Source of the DNA: Chitinophagales bacterium
GTDB lineage: Bacteria; Bacteroidota; Bacteroidia; Chitinophagales; JADJOU01
Length of the DNA: 64,000 nucleotides
Assembly: GCA_044368655.1 (NCBI GenBank)
Contig: JBIPPB010000002.1
Location: 8,479 to 72,478, forward strand
Direction: 5' to 3'
Part shown: one piece after another, positions 56,764-64,000 of the stretch
Position numbering within the stretch: position 1 is the stretch's first letter
How the letters are laid out: every line of letters begins with the position of its first letter
Program-made: the position numbers and the translations under genes
The notes under the pieces: model-generated
What the model saw: only the letters and a program-made list of their open reading frames with translations
Told to the model about the DNA's origin: nothing
The model's database searches: none

Positions 56764-57690
56764 TTATTTGAGATTATTCGAATTCATATGCATCGCTTGC
56801 ATTTGTTTAAGTGTTCGTTCCATTCCATCAGGTGATCCATCCAAGAATATAACATTACCTTTTCCTTGTTCTGCAAAATTTTTCATAGCTTCCGTCCAAA
56901 TACTAAATAAAACAAAAGATGCATCTAAATTTTGGTCTTGCATTTCTTTGGCCGCATTCGCCATACCTTTAGCAACTTCTTCTCTAAATAGTGCAACCCC
57001 TTGTCCTCTTAATTGAGCGGCTTCTTTTTCGGCATTAGCCGCAATGATAATGGCACTACCTTCCGCTTCAGCGGCTTTAGTTTTTGTGATATACAACGCT
57101 TGTCCTTCGTTTTCGGCAGCCGCTTTTAAATTATTACTCGCAACAACTTGTGCCATAGAGCGCATAATCGCTTCATCAAATTGAATATCATTTATTTGTA
57201 AATCAAGTAAATGAAAACCCCACTCGGCTAATGTACTATCTAAGTGACCTTTTACTTCATCTACAATCTCTTTTCTCAATCCTAAAACTTCACTTTGTCT
57301 TTTGGTAGCCACAAATGATCGTATTGAACCTTCAATACTTCGTACTAAAGTTTGCATAAAACTTCGTTCATCCACAAATTTAAAAGCTACTTTTTGAATG
57401 GTGTCATCCGTTCCATCGATAACTGAGTATAACAACATTGATTTAAAATTAACGTTTGCTTGATCTTGGGTTATCGCAACAAACTCTAATTCGGCAGATC
57501 GGTTTTGAATGGATATTCGTTTAAAAATAGTTTCTAAAATAGGTATTTTTAAATTTAACCCTGGATGCGCCACCCTTCGATACCTACCAAACATGGTAAT
57601 AACAGCTACTGTTCCTTGCTGAACGGTAAATAATCCTGATGCAATAATGATAAAAACAATTGCAAAAATAACATAAAAAAATACGGACAT
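56764..57690 (-). CDS. SPFH/band 7 (stomatin-prohibitin) domain protein
   Basis: An N-terminal transmembrane segment is followed by SPFH core motifs (VQQGTVAVITMFGRY, LNLKIPILE) and an Ala/Glu-rich coiled-coil tail. Confidence 0.8.
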   Translation of the reverse strand: MSVFFYVIFAIVFIIIASGLFTVQQGTVAVITMFGRYRRVAHPGLNLKIPILETIFKRISIQNRSAELEFVAITQDQANVNFKSMLLYSVIDGTDDTIQKVAFKFVDERSFMQTLVRSIEGSIRSFVATKRQSEVLGLRKEIVDEVKGHLDSTLAEWGFHLLDLQINDIQFDEAIMRSMAQVVASNNLKAAAENEGQALYITKTKAAEAEGSAIIIAANAEKEAAQLRGQGVALFREEVAKGMANAAKEMQDQNLDASFVLFSIWTEAMKNFAEQGKGNVIFLDGSPDGMERTLKQMQAMHMNSNNLK

Positions 57691-57791
57691 AAAAAAGGGG
57701 TTTGGTTAATCAATCTACAAATATATACTAATTGTAAATTATTCTAATGTTAATTTATAGATTCATTTAAAATGTAACATTTATTAATTAT

Positions 57792-59033
57792 TTAATGATT
57801 AAAATTAAGATCGTTCTTAAAGCCATCCTTAATTTTATAATTCCCATAAAATGCTAATAAAAAACAAAAAACTCCAACAGTTAAAGCACCATAAACCTCA
57901 TTATTAAATAGATGGGATAAGTATTGAAAAGCAATAGAAATCGGAACAACACTTCCTCTTACAATATTTGGAATCATTGTACTGGCAGTAGCTCTAAAGT
58001 TGGTGCCAAATTGTTCCGCACCATTAATTACAAACAATGCCCAGTATCCCGTGCCACAACCAAGAAGAAAATTCATTAAGTAATAGAAACTTGAATTTTG
58101 ATTTTTATCTAATAAATAGATGCAAACTAAAAAAAATGAAAGAACTAAGTAAATATTAATGACTTTCTTTCTACTTTTTAAAAATTGACTTAATAATCCA
58201 CTTATTAAATCTCCAACCGAAAGACCTAAATAGGTCCACATAATACAATCAGCTACCGAAATTTCAATCTGACTATTTGCAAGAGCAAATCTATTGGCCA
58301 AAGAAGACAACGTTCCTACAATATACCATATTGGAATTCCAATAAGTGTACAATAAATAAATTTTTTTAAAATTTTTTTATCATTAAGCAGCATCCATAA
58401 GTCTCCTTTTTTTATTTCTTTATTCTTATTTTCTTTAAATAAATGACTTTCTAGATTTGAAGTTCTTAATATTAATAGAAGAAAACCCATCGCTCCACCT
58501 ATAATATAAGCGATTTGCCAATTTTGAAAATTCCAACCAAATATGCCGTTTATATAATAACCTTTATTACCTACCAAAGCTGCAACAACAGCTCCTAATG
58601 CACCAAAAGTTACAATAATCATTGTTCCTAATCCACGTTTTTTTTGATCTAAGGTTTCGCTAACCAAAGTGATTCCAGCTCCTAATTCTCCAGCTAAACC
58701 GATGCCCGCAATAAATCGGAGTATCTTGTATTGAACTAAATTCTCAACAAATGCATTTAAAAAATTTGCTGTAGAATATATTAAAATAGAACCAAATAAA
58801 ACAACAACTCTACCTTTTTTATCCCCCAACATCCCCCATAAAATACCACCAATGAGCATTCCGATCATTTGATAGTTAAAAAGACTAATTTCATGAAGTT
58901 TAGTTTCAGCTAAAGAAAATCCAAGGGCATCTAAACTTTCTTTTTTAACAATATTGAATAGAACCAAATCATATATATCTACAAAATATCCTAAAGAAGC
59001 AACTATAATTATTATCCAAGCTTTTCGATTCAT
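57792..59033 (-). CDS. MFS transporter
   Basis: About 12 transmembrane segments, with the MFS loop motif GMLGDKKGRV between TM2 and TM3. Confidence 0.8.
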   Translation of the reverse strand: MNRKAWIIIIVASLGYFVDIYDLVLFNIVKKESLDALGFSLAETKLHEISLFNYQMIGMLIGGILWGMLGDKKGRVVVLFGSILIYSTANFLNAFVENLVQYKILRFIAGIGLAGELGAGITLVSETLDQKKRGLGTMIIVTFGALGAVVAALVGNKGYYINGIFGWNFQNWQIAYIIGGAMGFLLLILRTSNLESHLFKENKNKEIKKGDLWMLLNDKKILKKFIYCTLIGIPIWYIVGTLSSLANRFALANSQIEISVADCIMWTYLGLSVGDLISGLLSQFLKSRKKVINIYLVLSFFLVCIYLLDKNQNSSFYYLMNFLLGCGTGYWALFVINGAEQFGTNFRATASTMIPNIVRGSVVPISIAFQYLSHLFNNEVYGALTVGVFCFLLAFYGNYKIKDGFKNDLNFNH

Positions 59034-59200
59034 TTTTTTTTCTGTAAAATTAAATTTATAAATAAAAAGTCGTGTGAAAAAAATAAAATTTAGTATTAAA
59101 AATGTATAAAAAATGCCAAATAATATACTGAAAATCAGTTTATTGTATATGATATTTAAGATTATTTAAAAAAAATACTTGCGAAAAAAAATAGAATATA

Positions 59201-59208
59201 TATCTTTG
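59201..59208 (+). promoter_or_regulatory. Candidate -7 promoter box for the tRNA-tuf cluster
   Basis: TATCTTTG(CA) lies 107 nt upstream of the first tRNA, an unusually long leader. Confidence 0.35.
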
Positions 59209-59315
59209 CAAACCTTTTTAAAAAATAAAGGGAGTATAGTAAAGCGGTATTGTACGATAATTTTATTTAAGTTCTTTGATTTAATAGTTGTAAATAAACA
59301 ACCAAAATTTATATT

Positions 59316-59388
59316 GCCGAAGTAGCTCAGTTGGTAGAGCAGCTGATTTGTAATCAGCAGGTCGGGGGTTCAAGTCCCTTCTTCGGCT
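59316..59388 (+). tRNA. tRNA-Thr (anticodon TGT)
   Basis: Manual cloverleaf: acceptor GCCGAAG/CTTCGGC, D arm GCTC-AGTTGGTA-GAGC, anticodon arm GCTGA-TTTGTAA-TCAGC. Confidence 0.9.
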
Positions 59389-59395
59389 CTAAGTT

Positions 59396-59476
59396 GGGCA
59401 GTTACCAGAGTGGCCAAATGGGGCAGACTGTAAATCTGCTGCGAAAGCTTCGGTGGTTCGAATCCATCACTGCCCA
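59396..59476 (+). tRNA. tRNA-Tyr (anticodon GTA), long variable arm
   Basis: Acceptor GGGCAGT/ACTGCCC, anticodon loop CTGTAAA, long variable arm GCGAAAGCTTC. It aligns position-for-position with E. coli tRNA-Tyr. Confidence 0.9.
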
Positions 59477-59523
59477 CATTATTTACAATTTTAAATCATT
59501 AAGAACAAAAATTAAAAATAATT

Positions 59524-59596
59524 GCGGAAGTAGCTCAGTTGGTAGAGCATCAGCCTTCCAAGCTGAGGGTCGCGAGTTCGAGTCTCGTCTTCCGCT
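59524..59596 (+). tRNA. tRNA-Gly (anticodon TCC)
   Basis: Acceptor GCGGAAG/CTTCCGC, anticodon arm TCAGC-CTTCCAA-GCTGA. A genomically encoded CCA follows at 59597-59599. Confidence 0.9.
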
Positions 59597-59638
59597 CCAT
59601 TTATTTTTAATAAAAAATATTTTAGACTGGTAATTCTG

Positions 59639-59667
59639 AAATTATGCACTTCGCATAATTTTTTTGT
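59639..59667 (+). terminator. Terminator-like hairpin between tRNA-Gly and the second tRNA-Thr
   Basis: Stem AAATTATGC / GCATAATTT with loop acttc, followed by a T run. Confidence 0.55.
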
Positions 59668-59675
59668 TTTTACTA

Positions 59676-59747
59676 GCCGACGTAGCTCAGGGGTAGAGCG
59701 TTTCCTTGGTAAGGAAGAGGTCGAGGGTTCAAATCCCTTCGTTGGCT
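59676..59747 (+). tRNA. tRNA-Thr (anticodon GGT)
   Basis: Acceptor GCCGACG/CGTTGGC, anticodon arm TTTCC-TTGGTAA-GGAAG. Confidence 0.9.
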
Positions 59748-59825
59748 CATAAATATTAGAGTAAGAATTATATAAATTTTATATATAATTAAATTAATTT
59801 TAAACCAAATTTAAAATCAAATAAA

Positions 59826-61022
59826 ATGGCAAAAGAACAATTTATTAGAACCAAACCACACGTAAACATTGGTACTATTGGTCACGTTGACCACGGAAAA
59901 ACAACTTTGACTGCTGCTATCACTTCAGTTTTAGCAGGCAAAGGATTAGCACAAAAGAAAGATTATGATTCAATTGATGCGGCTCCTGAAGAAAAAGAAA
60001 GAGGTATTACTATTAATACGGCTCACGTAGAGTATGAAACAGAGACTAGACACTATGCACACGTTGACTGTCCAGGTCACGCGGATTACATCAAAAACAT
60101 GATTACAGGTGCTGCTCAAATGGACGGTGCTATATTAGTAATTGCTGCTACAGATGGTCCAATGTCTCAAACAAGAGAGCATATCTTATTAGCTCGTCAG
60201 GTAGGTGTTCCTAAAATCGTAGTTTTCATGAACAAAGTTGATTTAGTTGACGATCCTGAAATGTTAGAGCTTGTAGAAATGGAAGTAAGAGAGTTATTAT
60301 CAAGTTATAAATATGATGGTGACAACACTCCAGTTATCAAAGGTTCGGCTTTAAAAGCTCTTAACGGCGAAGCAGATGGTGTTAAAGCTATCGAAGAATT
60401 AATGAGCACAGTTGATGAGTATGTTCCAATTCCTCCAAGACCAACAGATCTTCCTTTCTTATTACCAGTAGAGGATGTATTCTCTATTACAGGTAGAGGA
60501 ACAGTTGCTACAGGTAGAATTGAAAGAGGTATCGTTAAAACTGGTGAGGCTGTTGAAATCGTAGGTTTAATGAAAGAAGGTGAAAAACCTTTAACTTCTA
60601 CAGTTACTGGTGTTGAGATGTTTAGAAAAATTCTTGACATTGGTGAAGCTGGTGAAAACGTTGGTTTACTTTTAAGAGGTATCAACAAAGAAGATATCAA
60701 AAGAGGTCAAGTAATTTGCCACCCTGGTACAATTACTCCACACACTGAATTCAAATGTGAGGTGTATATCTTATCTAAAGATGAAGGTGGTCGTCACACA
60801 CCATTCTTTAACAAATATCGTCCTCAGTTCTATTTAAGAACTACAGACGTTACAGGTGAAATTACTTTACCAGAAGGTAAAGAAATGGTAATGCCAGGTG
60901 ACAACTTGACATTAACAGTTCAATTGATTTATCCTGTTGCTTTAGAGAAAGGTTTACGTTTCGCTATCCGTGAAGGTGGTAGAACAGTAGGTGCTGGTCA
61001 GGTAACTGATATTATTAAGTAA
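59826..61022 (+). CDS. tuf: Elongation factor Tu
   Basis: [21 protein letters not shown], and the full-length EF-Tu pattern. Confidence 0.98.
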   Translation: MAKEQFIRTKPHVNIGTIGHVDHGKTTLTAAITSVLAGKGLAQKKDYDSIDAAPEEKERGITINTAHVEYETETRHYAHVDCPGHADYIKNMITGAAQMDGAILVIAATDGPMSQTREHILLARQVGVPKIVVFMNKVDLVDDPEMLELVEMEVRELLSSYKYDGDNTPVIKGSALKALNGEADGVKAIEELMSTVDEYVPIPPRPTDLPFLLPVEDVFSITGRGTVATGRIERGIVKTGEAVEIVGLMKEGEKPLTSTVTGVEMFRKILDIGEAGENVGLLLRGINKEDIKRGQVICHPGTITPHTEFKCEVYILSKDEGGRHTPFFNKYRPQFYLRTTDVTGEITLPEGKEMVMPGDNLTLTVQLIYPVALEKGLRFAIREGGRTVGAGQVTDIIK

Positions 61023-61028
61023 TTTATT

Positions 61029-61055
61029 ATTCTTGGGTACTTAGTACCCAAGAAT
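61029..61055 (+). terminator. Perfect 12-bp hairpin between tuf and tRNA-Trp (attenuator or processing signal; weak T tail)
   Basis: ATTCTTGGGTAC-tta-GTACCCAAGAAT. Confidence 0.4.
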
Positions 61056-61059
61056 TTAT

Positions 61060-61132
61060 ACGGGTGTAGCTCAGTTGGTAGAGCGAAGGTCTCCAAAACC
61101 TTAGGCCGTGGGTTCGAGCCCTACCGCCCGTG
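61060..61132 (+). tRNA. tRNA-Trp (anticodon CCA)
   Basis: Acceptor ACGGGTG/CGCCCGT, anticodon arm AAGGT-CTCCAAA-ACCTT. Confidence 0.9.
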
Positions 61133-61159
61133 CATTTTAATTTTCTCAATTTAAAAATA

Positions 61160-61354
61160 ATGAATAGTATTGTTACTTATTTTAAAGAGTCTTATATAGA
61201 ACTTAAAGAGCGTGTTACATGGCCTACAATGCCAGAGTTACAAAAACTAACTACTATTGTATTGGTTTCACTAGCTATTATAACAATTGTTATTCTAATT
61301 ATGGATCAATTGAGCAAGTTAGCAATTATTGATATGTTTTACGGTAATATATAA
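61160..61354 (+). CDS. secE: Preprotein translocase subunit SecE
   Basis: A 64-aa single-transmembrane protein (..ELKERVTWPT..TTIVLVSLAIITIVILIMD) in the conserved tRNA-Trp/secE/nusG position. The ATG at 61160 is preferred because the tracker's GTG at 61130 lies inside tRNA-Trp. Confidence 0.8.
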   Translation: MNSIVTYFKESYIELKERVTWPTMPELQKLTTIVLVSLAIITIVILIMDQLSKLAIIDMFYGNI

Positions 61355-61908
61355 TGATGATGTCAATAGAAAAGAAGTTATATGTTCTCAAAGTAGTTAG
61401 TGGACATGAAAATAAAATTAAGAATTATATTGAACTAGAAACAATGCGTTCTAATTGGCAAGATATTATTCTTAATGTATTTGTTCCTACGGAGAAAGTC
61501 TATAAAATCAGAAATGGCAAAAAAGTGATCACCGAAAAAACTTTATATCCTGGCTACATGTATATTGAGGTTAGCGAAAAAATGATTACGAGCGAGGTAT
61601 TAGCTACTATAAGAAATATAAGTGGTGTAATGAATTTCTTAGGAGGAAATCAACCTCAAGCGCTAAGAGATGCTGAAGTTCAGAAATTGTTTGGTAGAAT
61701 GGATGAAATGCTTGATAGAGGAGAGAGTATGCTTGAACCTTTTATTATAAATGAATCTGTTAAAGTTATTGAAGGTCCTTTTGATGGTTTTGTTGGTACT
61801 ATAGAAGAAATTAATGAAGATAAGAAAAAATTAAAAGTTGTAGTTAAGATCTTTGGTAGAAAGCAACCGGTTGAGGTTAATTTTACACAAGTAGAAAAAA
61901 TTAATTAA
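61354..61908 (+). CDS. nusG: Transcription termination/antitermination factor NusG
   Basis: An NGN domain (YVLKVVSGHENKI) and a KOW motif (VKVIEGPFDGFVGTIEEI) are present. Its start overlaps the secE stop (TAATG). Confidence 0.9.
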   Translation: MMMSIEKKLYVLKVVSGHENKIKNYIELETMRSNWQDIILNVFVPTEKVYKIRNGKKVITEKTLYPGYMYIEVSEKMITSEVLATIRNISGVMNFLGGNQPQALRDAEVQKLFGRMDEMLDRGESMLEPFIINESVKVIEGPFDGFVGTIEEINEDKKKLKVVVKIFGRKQPVEVNFTQVEKIN

Positions 61909-61938
61909 TAAGAAAAATTTAAAAACGTATATAATATC

Positions 61939-62382
61939 ATGGCAAAAGAAATAGAAACCTATGTAAAACTCCAAGTAAAAGGAGGACAAGCCAATCCAGC
62001 TCCACCAATCGGTCCTGCTTTAGGTTCGAAAGGTGTTAATATTATGGATTTTTGCAAACAATTTAATGCAAGAACTCAAGACCAACCAGGTAAAATTTTA
62101 CCTGTTTTATTAACGGTTTATAAAGACAAATCTTTTGATTTTGTAATTAAAACACCTCCAACTCCAATATTATTATTAGAGACGCTTAAAGCAAAAACGG
62201 GTTCAAAACAAAGTAATAGAGATAAAATTGGTTCTGTTACATGGGATCAAGTAAAGGCTATTGCTGAAATCAAAATGCCGGATTTAAATTGTTTTACAAT
62301 TGAATCTGCTATGAAAATGGTAGCGGGTACTGCTCGTAGTTTAGGAATCACTGTTTCAGGTACTGCACCTTGGCAAGATTAA
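61939..62382 (+). CDS. rplK: 50S ribosomal protein L11
   Basis: [34 protein letters not shown]. Confidence 0.97.
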   Translation: MAKEIETYVKLQVKGGQANPAPPIGPALGSKGVNIMDFCKQFNARTQDQPGKILPVLLTVYKDKSFDFVIKTPPTPILLLETLKAKTGSKQSNRDKIGSVTWDQVKAIAEIKMPDLNCFTIESAMKMVAGTARSLGITVSGTAPWQD

Positions 62383-62413
62383 TTTATATTATTTAATATT
62401 AAAATATATTATT

Positions 62414-63106
62414 GTGGCTAGAATTTCAAAAAAGAGAAAAGAAGTAAATAAATTAGTTGATAAAACTAAATTATATACAATGGATGAAGCTTCTGATTTA
62501 ATCAAAAAGATAAATACTACTAAGTTTGATGCTTCTGTAGATTTACATGTTAGATTAGGAGTAGATCCAAGAAAAGCGGATCAAGCTTTAAGAGGTACCG
62601 TTACGCTTCCAAACGGTTCGGGTAAAACTAAAAAAGTTTTAGTATTTTGTAAACCAGAAAAAGAAGCTGATGCAAAAGCTGCAGGTGCTGATTTTGTAGG
62701 TTTAGAAGAGTACATTACTAAAATTGAACAAGGATGGACAGATATTGATGTTATTGTAGCAACACCAGATGTTATGGCTACTATAGCAAAGTTAGGTCGT
62801 GTTTTAGGTCCTAGAAATTTAATGCCTAATCCAAAATCTGGAACTGTTACACCAGATGTGGCTAAAGCTGTTGAAGAAGTTAAGAAAGGTAAGATTTCTT
62901 TCAGAGTTGATAAGTTTGGTATAGTTCATTCATCAATAGGTAGAATCTCTTTTACTAAAGAACAAATCAAACAAAATGCTGAAGAATTTATTGCAACTCT
63001 TCAAAAAATGAAACCGAGTACTGCAAAGGGAGTTTATATGAAATCAATTTCAATAGCAACTACTATGAGTCCAGGTATTTCAATTGACACTAAATCAATA
63101 AGTTAA
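62414..63106 (+). CDS. rplA: 50S ribosomal protein L1
   Basis: GTG start. [25 protein letters not shown] and [15 protein letters not shown]. Confidence 0.95.
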   Translation: MARISKKRKEVNKLVDKTKLYTMDEASDLIKKINTTKFDASVDLHVRLGVDPRKADQALRGTVTLPNGSGKTKKVLVFCKPEKEADAKAAGADFVGLEEYITKIEQGWTDIDVIVATPDVMATIAKLGRVLGPRNLMPNPKSGTVTPDVAKAVEEVKKGKISFRVDKFGIVHSSIGRISFTKEQIKQNAEEFIATLQKMKPSTAKGVYMKSISIATTMSPGISIDTKSIS

Positions 63107-63110
63107 GATT

Positions 63111-63635
63111 ATGAATAAGCAACAAAAAGGTGAGATTATAGAATCTCTAAAAGATCAATTTAATGAAGCTCAGTTCTTTTATTTTATTGATGAAAGTACA
63201 CTTAGTGCTTCAAAAACTAGTAACTTAAGAAGAGCTGCTTTTAATGAAAATATTCATTATAATGTTGTAAAGAATACATTAATTAAAAAAGCTTTACAAG
63301 CATCTAACAAAAATAATGATGAACTAATATCAGTTTTATCAGGTCCAACTGCGGTCTTTTTCTCTACAAATGCAAATAATATTGCTAAGTTAATTAAAGA
63401 GTTTAGATCTGATGCAGAAAAGCCTTCATTAAAAGCTGCGTATATAGATTCTGATATATTTATTGGAGACAATGAATTAAAAACTTTAATTGCACTTAAA
63501 TCTAAAGAAGAATTAGTCGGTGAGGTTATTGGTTTACTTCAATCTCCAATTAAAAATGTTCTTGGTGCGCTTCAATCAAGTTCTGGACAAAAAATAGCTG
63601 GTTTATTAAAAACTATCGAAGAAAAAAATAATTAA
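63111..63635 (+). CDS. rplJ: 50S ribosomal protein L10
   Basis: The size, position and pattern ([19 protein letters not shown]) fit L10. It begins only 4 nt after rplA. Confidence 0.9.
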   Translation: MNKQQKGEIIESLKDQFNEAQFFYFIDESTLSASKTSNLRRAAFNENIHYNVVKNTLIKKALQASNKNNDELISVLSGPTAVFFSTNANNIAKLIKEFRSDAEKPSLKAAYIDSDIFIGDNELKTLIALKSKEELVGEVIGLLQSPIKNVLGALQSSSGQKIAGLLKTIEEKNN

Positions 63636-63676
63636 AATTAATTCACAACAATTATAAATTTAAAATTAAAAAAATC

Positions 63677-64000
63677 ATGGCAGATGTAAAACAATTAGCA
63701 GAAAGTTTAGTTAACTTAACTGTAAAAGAAGTACAAGAGCTTGCTCAAATCTTAAAAGACGAACATGGTATTGAACCAGCTGCTGCTGGTGCTGTAATGG
63801 TAGCAGGTCCTGCTGCTGGTGCTGCTGCTGCAGAAGAAAAAACTGCATTTGATGTAGTTTTGACTAGCCCAGGTGGTGCTAAGTTAAATGTAGTTAAAGC
63901 CGTTAAAGACATAACTAATTTAGGTCTTAAAGAAGCTAAAGATTTAGTTGATGCTGCTCCAAAAGCTATTTTAGAAGGAGTTTCTAAAGATGAGGCTGAA
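63677..64000 (+). CDS. rplL: 50S ribosomal protein L7/L12, 3' end cut by the window edge
   Basis: Hand translation from the ATG at 63677 gives [76 protein letters not shown]. The frame is open to nt 64000. Confidence 0.95.
   Translation, partial: MADVKQLAESLVNLTVKEVQELAQILKDEHGIEPAAAGAVMVAGPAAGAAAAEEKTAFDVVLTSPGGAKLNVVKAVKDITNLGLKEAKDLVDAAPKAILEGVSKDEAE

Noticed and set aside
59331-59633. Plus-strand 100-aa ORF
   Set aside because: It runs straight through three tRNA genes (Thr, Tyr, Gly) and is an artefact of stop-free tRNA sequence.
60305-60700. Minus-strand 131-aa ORF
   Set aside because: It is antisense to tuf, a shadow ORF within one of the most conserved genes known.
61130-61159. GTG start at 61130 for secE
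   Set aside because: That codon lies inside tRNA-Trp (61060-61132). The ATG at 61160 gives a typical 64-aa SecE.
1-64000. A defence island, prophage, transposon or other mobile element somewhere in the window
   Set aside because: Going through all ORFs of 60 aa or more, I found no transposase, integrase, recombinase, restriction-modification, toxin-antitoxin, Cas or phage structural signature. The unknown proteins all look like envelope or secreted proteins.

Overview
AT-rich chromosomal segment from a member of the Bacteroidota, probably Flavobacteriia-like. Taxon clues: three T9SS cargo proteins (two with type B gliding-motility C-terminal domains, one with type A), a type III glutamine synthetase, BshC, an rpmB-rpmG-DUF4295 operon, TAnnTTTG -7 promoter boxes, and no Shine-Dalgarno sequences. 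Most of the window is tightly packed core genome: rnpB, bamA, bshC, thiL, uvrB, GS-III, trkH/trkA-like genes, comEC, lipB, rbfA, a DEAD-box helicase, uppS, dnaX, parC, a cysteine desulfurase, and the conserved tRNA(Thr-Tyr-Gly-Thr)-tuf-tRNA(Trp)-secE-nusG-rplKAJL block. I saw no CRISPR array, transposase, integrase, phage genes or recognisable defence island, and I cannot point to a clear novel multi-gene system. The points most worth a second look are listed here. (1) dnaX is split between two reading frames exactly at an A11 tract followed by TAA; this is either programmed slippage or a homopolymer sequencing error. (2) A stand-alone gene matches only the N-terminal half of IcmF (B12-binding plus MeaI-like GTPase), with no mutase barrel at the locus. 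(3) A giant 5'-truncated SprB-like adhesin carries a cysteine-paired thrombospondin type-3 repeat array built from 426-bp and 390-bp higher-order tandem units. (4) A tight operon contains apparently catalytically degenerate CapA-like/SPOR and M16-like proteins next to a T9SS type B cargo gene. (5) A serine-palmitoyltransferase-like enzyme sits alone between dnaX and parC. (6) uppS is followed by an uncharacterised envelope trio instead of bamA-ompH. All calls come from reading the translations and the DNA by eye; no database search was run.
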